A stretch of 49,268 nucleotides of DNA from Candidatus Woesearchaeota archaeon. Lineage in GTDB: Archaea; Nanobdellota; Nanobdellia; Woesearchaeales; DSVV01. The first letter of the stretch is position 1. The number at the start of each line of letters is the position of its first letter. Below, in pieces: positions 44,863 through 49,268 of the stretch. The notes under the pieces were generated by a model that saw only the letters and a list, made by a program, of their open reading frames with translations, did not search any database and was not told the origin of the DNA. Position numbers and translations under genes: made by a program. The DNA lies in assembly GCA_041671005.1 (NCBI GenBank), contig JBAZCJ010000001.1, positions 1 through 49,268 on the forward strand, in the 5' to 3' direction.

Positions 44863-45210
44863 ACATTTCTTACAAATTCCCTTTATTTCTATCTGAAAAC
44901 TTGTAATGCTTCCCGGGATTTTATCTTTAAGAAAATCTAATGAATCTATTGCAAAATGCGTTACTTGTCCTGTTTCTTCACAAGTAAAATGACAATGACT
45001 TGTTTTTTCTTGAGAGTATACTTGTTTTCTATTACATTCATATGTATGAATATGTTTTTTTTCTTTTAATTCATTCAAATATCTGTATACAGTTGCAATA
45101 CCGATTCCTTTATTTTTTACTTGTTCATACAATTCTTCTGCAAAAAAGAATGTTTTAATTTTCTTTAATTCAACATCGAGTATTGCTTTTTGTTTTGTTT
45201 GTCTTGCCAT
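44854..45210 (-). CDS. Fur-family metalloregulator (possibly Zur)
   Basis: IATVYRYLNEL recognition helix. HCHFTCEETGQV and GICKKC are the structural Zn Cys pairs. Confidence 0.8.
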   Translation of the reverse strand: MARQTKQKAILDVELKKIKTFFFAEELYEQVKNKGIGIATVYRYLNELKEKKHIHTYECNRKQVYSQEKTSHCHFTCEETGQVTHFAIDSLDFLKDKIPGSITSFQIEIKGICKKCSK

Positions 45211-45240
45211 TGTTTAAGTATTATGTGTAGGGTAAGTTTT

Positions 45241-45265
45241 GTTATTGATAATGAGAATCAATAAC
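45241..45265. promoter_or_regulatory. Fur/Zur box: perfect 9-bp inverted repeat GTTATTGAT-n7-ATCAATAAC
   Basis: The core GATAATGAGAATCAATAAC matches the classical GATAATGATAATCATTATC at 16 of 19 positions. It abuts the TATA (tatttaaata, 45267..45276) of the ZIP gene and lies 31-55 nt upstream of the Fur-family gene start. Confidence 0.7.
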
Positions 45266-45296
45266 ATATTTAAATACGTTTCCAATAGTTTACTGT

Positions 45297-46067
45297 ATGG
45301 GATATATTATTTACACATTTGCAAGTGTTATCATAGTTTCATTAATATCTGTTATTGCTGCAATACCGTTTCTGTTAAAAAAACAAATTCCTCATTCAAT
45401 TCTTATTATTTTAATGAGTCTTTCCGTCGGGACATTATTAGGCGGAGTCTTTCTTCATTTTCTTCCTGAAATTGCAGAAAAAGGGTATAACACATCTGTT
45501 GCATTATCAATAATTATTGGATTTATGGCATTTTTACTTTTGGAAAAAATGATTCATTGGCATCATGCAAAAAAAGTAGAAGAAAACTGTGAATGTGGTC
45601 ATGGACATGGATATCATTTTGCAATACTGAATCTGCTAGGGGATGGGGTACATAATTTCCTTGATGGGTTAGTTATTGCAGGAAGTTATGCAGTTAGTAT
45701 TCCATTGGGAATTGCTGCAACAACATCTGTGATTTTTCATGAAATTCCACAAGAAATGGCTGATTTTGGGATTTTATTATACGGGGGATTAAGCAAAACA
45801 AGAGCAATAATATTTAATTTTCTTTCTGCAACTGCTGCAATTATTGGAGCAATTACTGGAATTATGTTTACAGAACATATCCAGGGTTTTTCTGCTATGA
45901 TTATTCCCTTTGCAGCAGGTAATTTTCTCTACATTGCTGCATCAAATCTTGTTCCTGAATTACACAAACATTGCAAAATTAGTGAAACAATCATGCATAT
46001 TATTGCAATTGCAGCTGGTGTTGGCTTCATGCTTTTGATTGCAGTTTTTATTCCAGAAACACACTAA
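45297..46067 (+). CDS. zupT: ZIP-family divalent metal (zinc) transporter
   Basis: HFLPE, His-rich loop HWHHAKKVEENCECGHGHGYH, and HEIPQEMADFGIL signature. Confidence 0.85.
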   Translation: MGYIIYTFASVIIVSLISVIAAIPFLLKKQIPHSILIILMSLSVGTLLGGVFLHFLPEIAEKGYNTSVALSIIIGFMAFLLLEKMIHWHHAKKVEENCECGHGHGYHFAILNLLGDGVHNFLDGLVIAGSYAVSIPLGIAATTSVIFHEIPQEMADFGILLYGGLSKTRAIIFNFLSATAAIIGAITGIMFTEHIQGFSAMIIPFAAGNFLYIAASNLVPELHKHCKISETIMHIIAIAAGVGFMLLIAVFIPETH

Positions 46068-46173
46068 AAAATTGAATTTTTCTTGTATTCAGTTGTTTAA
46101 AAAATTATTATGTGACGACTAACAAGTAATAAAGGACAGTAAAATTTATATAATCTCCTCTGTTTATTGATAT

Positions 46174-46659
46174 ATGCCAGATAAAATCTCATTAAATGAC
46201 ATAGTGGAATCAGGATTTGGAAGTTTAAGAGAACGTAGGGATTTCCAAACTGAATTTTGTCTTGATGATGGAATGCCAAAAGTATATACTCCAGAGGCTC
46301 CAAATAAAAGATATGTACTATATTCTGTTCAACAAGCTATCATTATACATTTAGTGCAGGAATATGAAACTCACGGTAAGGGAGATAGAAGAATAACTAC
46401 AACGATAGTTGAAAATACACAAATTTTACAGTTAGATCATTGTGGAGAACATATTCTTTCTGACGAAATTCAATTTTTAAACGAAACTTTAAGAAAAATA
46501 TCTGATGGCGAAGAAGTCGATGGAGGCAGATTTAGAGCAAGTGGTAATAACATGGCAGCAAGAGGATTACGGGAACAACATGGATTTATGGTATATGAGA
46601 ATATTCAGGATGGACAATACCGTGTTCGATGTACTGTCACTCTTCCCTTAATCCAATGA
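46174..46659 (+). CDS. hypothetical protein (161 aa)
   Basis: ORF with TATA-like aatttatata about 27 nt upstream. Confidence 0.5.
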   Translation: MPDKISLNDIVESGFGSLRERRDFQTEFCLDDGMPKVYTPEAPNKRYVLYSVQQAIIIHLVQEYETHGKGDRRITTTIVENTQILQLDHCGEHILSDEIQFLNETLRKISDGEEVDGGRFRASGNNMAARGLREQHGFMVYENIQDGQYRVRCTVTLPLIQ

Positions 46660-46695
46660 AAAAAACATATAAACCTCATTCTCTTCAACATTTTC

Positions 46696-47022
46696 ATGAA
46701 AAGAGGCCGTCCAGTACAATCAGCTATTAGACAGAATATTATTGATATTCTTCAACATTTAGGAGAAGGATATGGGTATCAAATTTCTTTATTGTACAAC
46801 CAAATTTATCCAAAATGCACTATGCGAAGCATTCATTACCATCTCAAAAAAGGACTTGAAACAAAAGAATTTATTGTGAAACGCGTTACTAAAGAGAAAG
46901 GAAAATATTCTTGGGGAGGCATGGCAGAAAAAATTTATTATGGATTAGGAGATAATGCTAAACCTATAATGAATGAAAGAGTAAAAGATTTTATTGATAA
47001 AAAAAAGGCACTACCTTTTTAA
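46696..47022 (+). CDS. small winged-helix DNA-binding protein (PadR/ArsR-like)
   Basis: NIIDILQHLGEGYGYQISLLYNQIY...SIHYHLKKGLETKEFI is an HTH-plus-wing pattern. Confidence 0.5.
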   Translation: MKRGRPVQSAIRQNIIDILQHLGEGYGYQISLLYNQIYPKCTMRSIHYHLKKGLETKEFIVKRVTKEKGKYSWGGMAEKIYYGLGDNAKPIMNERVKDFIDKKKALPF

Positions 47023-47045
47023 AATCAAATTGTATCTTACACTAA

Positions 47046-47912
47046 ATGAACTCAGAAGAAACATTAGTCGCATTAAAAACAAGACATTTATGGATTCCAA
47101 TAAGTAATACACATGTATCATCTTTTCCAAACCAACATGCATTAGCAGAAATAATAGCTGATGAATTTCCAGAATTACATATTCTCACAGAAGACCCACC
47201 TCGAGCAGTTTTAGATTACATACTTTCTTTAGAAAAAGTACCTATCGCAGGAGGTAAGATTTCTACTGGACCACAAGGAAAATTAGTTGCTGGTTTCGTG
47301 GACAGACCTTTAACAGCTGAATTAAGACAACAAGCTGATAGCATTACAGAATTAGTTTCTCTTGAATGTTTAGATGTATTTCAAAGAGATGTTCCTGGAT
47401 GGTATCAAGCAATAGAAACCTACCTTGGCAACGAAGCATTAGGGTCTAGATCTGAATTATTTTCTGGGGAAACTGCATTACGAATGTATAGCAACTTATT
47501 TGGTAGACGTATTATTATCTCATTTCAAACTAAATCCCAAGTAGACGATTATCTTGCAAAAGTAAACAGTTTGGAATCATTTGCTCAATATCTTCGTCTT
47601 TTAACTGTAAGAGCTAAACCAAACATACCAGAACCAACAATACTAATTGAAGAGCAACCACAAAATCATCCAGGTGCATTAACTATCCGCTATATTCCGT
47701 ATGATGTGAGTAGAACTGAAATTGAATTTTTACAACCCCTTATTACACCATATGTTGTTGCTACATTTGATACTCGACCAGATGGAGATAAACTTTTAGA
47801 AGAACAATGTCCAGCAGTTCTTGGAAAAGATACACTGCCTGTACGTATGGGTTATTTACGTAATACTATCATTTACGAAGCAATACAAACGTATATTCCT
47901 GAAGAAAAATAA
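47046..47912 (+). CDS. hypothetical protein (288 aa)
   Basis: ORF only. Confidence 0.5.
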   Translation: MNSEETLVALKTRHLWIPISNTHVSSFPNQHALAEIIADEFPELHILTEDPPRAVLDYILSLEKVPIAGGKISTGPQGKLVAGFVDRPLTAELRQQADSITELVSLECLDVFQRDVPGWYQAIETYLGNEALGSRSELFSGETALRMYSNLFGRRIIISFQTKSQVDDYLAKVNSLESFAQYLRLLTVRAKPNIPEPTILIEEQPQNHPGALTIRYIPYDVSRTEIEFLQPLITPYVVATFDTRPDGDKLLEEQCPAVLGKDTLPVRMGYLRNTIIYEAIQTYIPEEK

Positions 47913-47973
47913 TAAAATTAAATATTTCTTAAAAAATTCATCATTATAAATCTTCATACAGTATTTATTTATA

Positions 47974-48056
47974 GAGAATTTTGAATAACTCACAAAATTG
48001 TCAAAATTCTCAATAGACCCGCTTTGAATTCGTATAAAAATTGAATTATTCAAAGC
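47974..48056 (+). other. two consecutive perfect inverted repeats (11 bp with 16-nt loop; 9 bp with 18-nt loop)
   Basis: gagaattttga...tcaaaattctc (47974..48011) and gctttgaat...attcaaagc (48021..48056). Confidence 0.5.
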
Positions 48057-48110
48057 TCTCTATACTTCCTTTTCAGAAATTATTTATACCCCTTCAGTTT
48101 AACTAATGAC

Positions 48111-48926
48111 ATGAAAAAAATTATACTTGTTTTTTTATTATTTATTTTAGCTTCTTGCACTCCAGTAGATACTGAAACATCAGTAAATCTTACACCCTCT
48201 GACTCTTCAACATCCCCCTCAACAATTCTTTCAGAGTCTACTACCACAGATAAACAAGCTCAAGAATGGTATGAAAGCGGGGTAGAAAAAATAGTTCCTT
48301 ATTCTGGAACGTTAACCTATAACCTCGTTGAATATTACGATGATAGTAGTGAGTATTATGATACAGCTGAAGATAGTAGTTTTGAAGTGTCATATAGTTT
48401 TAGCGGAGACAAAGTATATTACACCTGGGAAGATGGATATACATTATATGTAAAAAAAATTGATGGACAAGCAATATATCAATATGTCAAAGATGAATTT
48501 TACAATCCAACTGGTGAAGATTTTGAAAGAAAAGTAACGCCAACAACAGGTCATTTTTCTGTAAATCTTGATAAACCACTAATAATAGGGCGATTGTATG
48601 GGAATGGAGAATATGAATTTAAGATTACTCCTGGGTTTTATGATCCTAAACAAGTAAGTTTTGATGTGATAGAAACAATCGAATATGAAGATGGTTCAAC
48701 TGAAATAAGAAAATATCCTATGTCATTTTTAGTATTAGGTGTTGGCGGAGGAACTGAAACAGAATGTCCAAGTTTATCTGATAATTTTATAACTAGCCCA
48801 AGTAGTTGCATATATACGTCAACAACTGATTCGTTAGAAGGAAGTTTTACAGACTCTTTTTTTGCTGAAGGTTCAGGATCATCTAGATCGAGCTCAAATG
48901 TTAAAATAGATTGGTTAATTAGTTAA
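48111..48926 (+). CDS. lipoprotein, S/T-rich linker then Y/E/D-rich domain
   Basis: MKKIILVFLLFILASC lipobox. Confidence 0.6.
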   Translation: MKKIILVFLLFILASCTPVDTETSVNLTPSDSSTSPSTILSESTTTDKQAQEWYESGVEKIVPYSGTLTYNLVEYYDDSSEYYDTAEDSSFEVSYSFSGDKVYYTWEDGYTLYVKKIDGQAIYQYVKDEFYNPTGEDFERKVTPTTGHFSVNLDKPLIIGRLYGNGEYEFKITPGFYDPKQVSFDVIETIEYEDGSTEIRKYPMSFLVLGVGGGTETECPSLSDNFITSPSSCIYTSTTDSLEGSFTDSFFAEGSGSSRSSSNVKIDWLIS

Positions 48927-49024
48927 ATTTTTCTTAGAAAAACAATTAATGCAAATTCTTAAAAAATCCTTAAAACCATAAAATATATATACTTCCCCAC
49001 TTATTATTAAATTAAGTGAGGAAA

Positions 49025-49268
49025 ATGCCGTACATCAGAACTCGACGAAAAGGAAAGTGTTTATACAAAGAATTAGTCGAAACAGTCTATGAAAATGGTA
49101 AGCCTGTACAGAAATTTTTAAAACATATTGGAAAAGTTGAAGCATATCCTATTACAGCCATCCTAACAAAAGAAGAATTAAGTATACTCGAAACAATTAA
49201 ACAAAAACAGATACTTGACTGGCAAAATATTCCACACAGCATTAAAGAAAAGTTTCTGCAGGAATTTG
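49025..49268 (+). CDS. partial ORF resembling the N-terminal region of the Fic protein at 44011 (runs off the right edge)
   Basis: Own translation: MPYIRTRRKGKCLYKELVETVYENGKPVQKFLKHIGK...DWQNIPHSIKEKFLQEF. Compare MIIVKRKIGNEEFYYIQYTYRKNKKPVTISKYLGK...NWQKIPESVKEQQLHE. GTGAGG SD upstream. Confidence 0.45.
   Translation, partial: MPYIRTRRKGKCLYKELVETVYENGKPVQKFLKHIGKVEAYPITAILTKEELSILETIKQKQILDWQNIPHSIKEKFLQEF

Noticed and set aside
1736-48053. About 35 short ORFs in the supplied track that lie antisense to, or nested in, longer genes. Examples are 1736..1972, 2551..2769, 4150..4449, 6665..6889, 7938..8271, 9526..9711, 10939..11148, 13629..13811, 14002..14187, 14596..14796, 15218..15427, 15801..15992, 16574..16765, 17552..18002, 18424..19514, 20225..20455, 20956..21198, 22051..22293, 24198..24458, 25039..25236, 29831..31240, 31446..31709, 33471..33701, 34394..34636, 35577..35957, 36426..36922, 38652..38846, 39956..41230, 42231..42539, 44090..44284, 45239..45469, 46097..46303 and 47856..48053
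   Set aside because: All overlap a longer ORF that has recognisable motifs or better start context. Their products are low-complexity (F/I/L/S/C-rich), typical of antisense frames in AT-rich DNA. In particular, 36426..36734 (minus) is displaced by the real Nop10 gene on the plus strand.
1-49268. CRISPR arrays, rRNA/tRNA genes, transposases, integrases or prophage structural genes
   Set aside because: There are no regularly spaced direct repeats, no G+C-rich RNA-gene-like islands, and no DDE, tyrosine- or serine-recombinase motifs in any translated ORF that I could recognise.

Overview
AT-rich, gene-dense (about 60 plausible CDS) chromosomal segment from an archaeon. The archaeal assignment rests on an S27e / aIF2-alpha / Nop10 / PAC2 operon, a membrane-inserted LonB protease, an archaeal-type GluRS and a COG2263 methyltransferase. 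First genes have TATA-like boxes about 25-30 nt upstream of the ATG (leaderless), and operon-internal genes have GGAGG-type SD sites. The small gene set and many orphan, secreted and lipoproteins suggest a DPANN-like or similar uncultivated lineage; this is inference only. I found no rRNA, tRNA, CRISPR array, transposase or integrase. The most unusual items are: (1) a bona fide bacterial-type sigma-70 family gene, translationally coupled to a protein made of a tandemly duplicated unknown 132-aa domain, next to the archaeal translation operon; (2) an NRAMP homologue with the D-A-G-G / T-P-W substitutions I recall for the Mg2+-transporting NRMT clade, coupled to a stand-alone MgtE cytosolic sensor (PRC + MgtE_N + CBS), while the MgtE pore domain is encoded elsewhere as two tandem TM-only genes; (3) a six-gene secretome operon with EF-hand paralogues and a metzincin, downstream of an AbrB-PhoU regulator and a 9-bp repeat array; (4) a STAND-like ATPase divergent from a class II Fic gene; (5) a Fur-family repressor, near-consensus Fur box and ZIP transporter unit; (6) a PurC homologue with eroded catalytic motifs. 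All calls come from reading the translations and DNA by eye. No database search was run, so family names are motif-level assignments.
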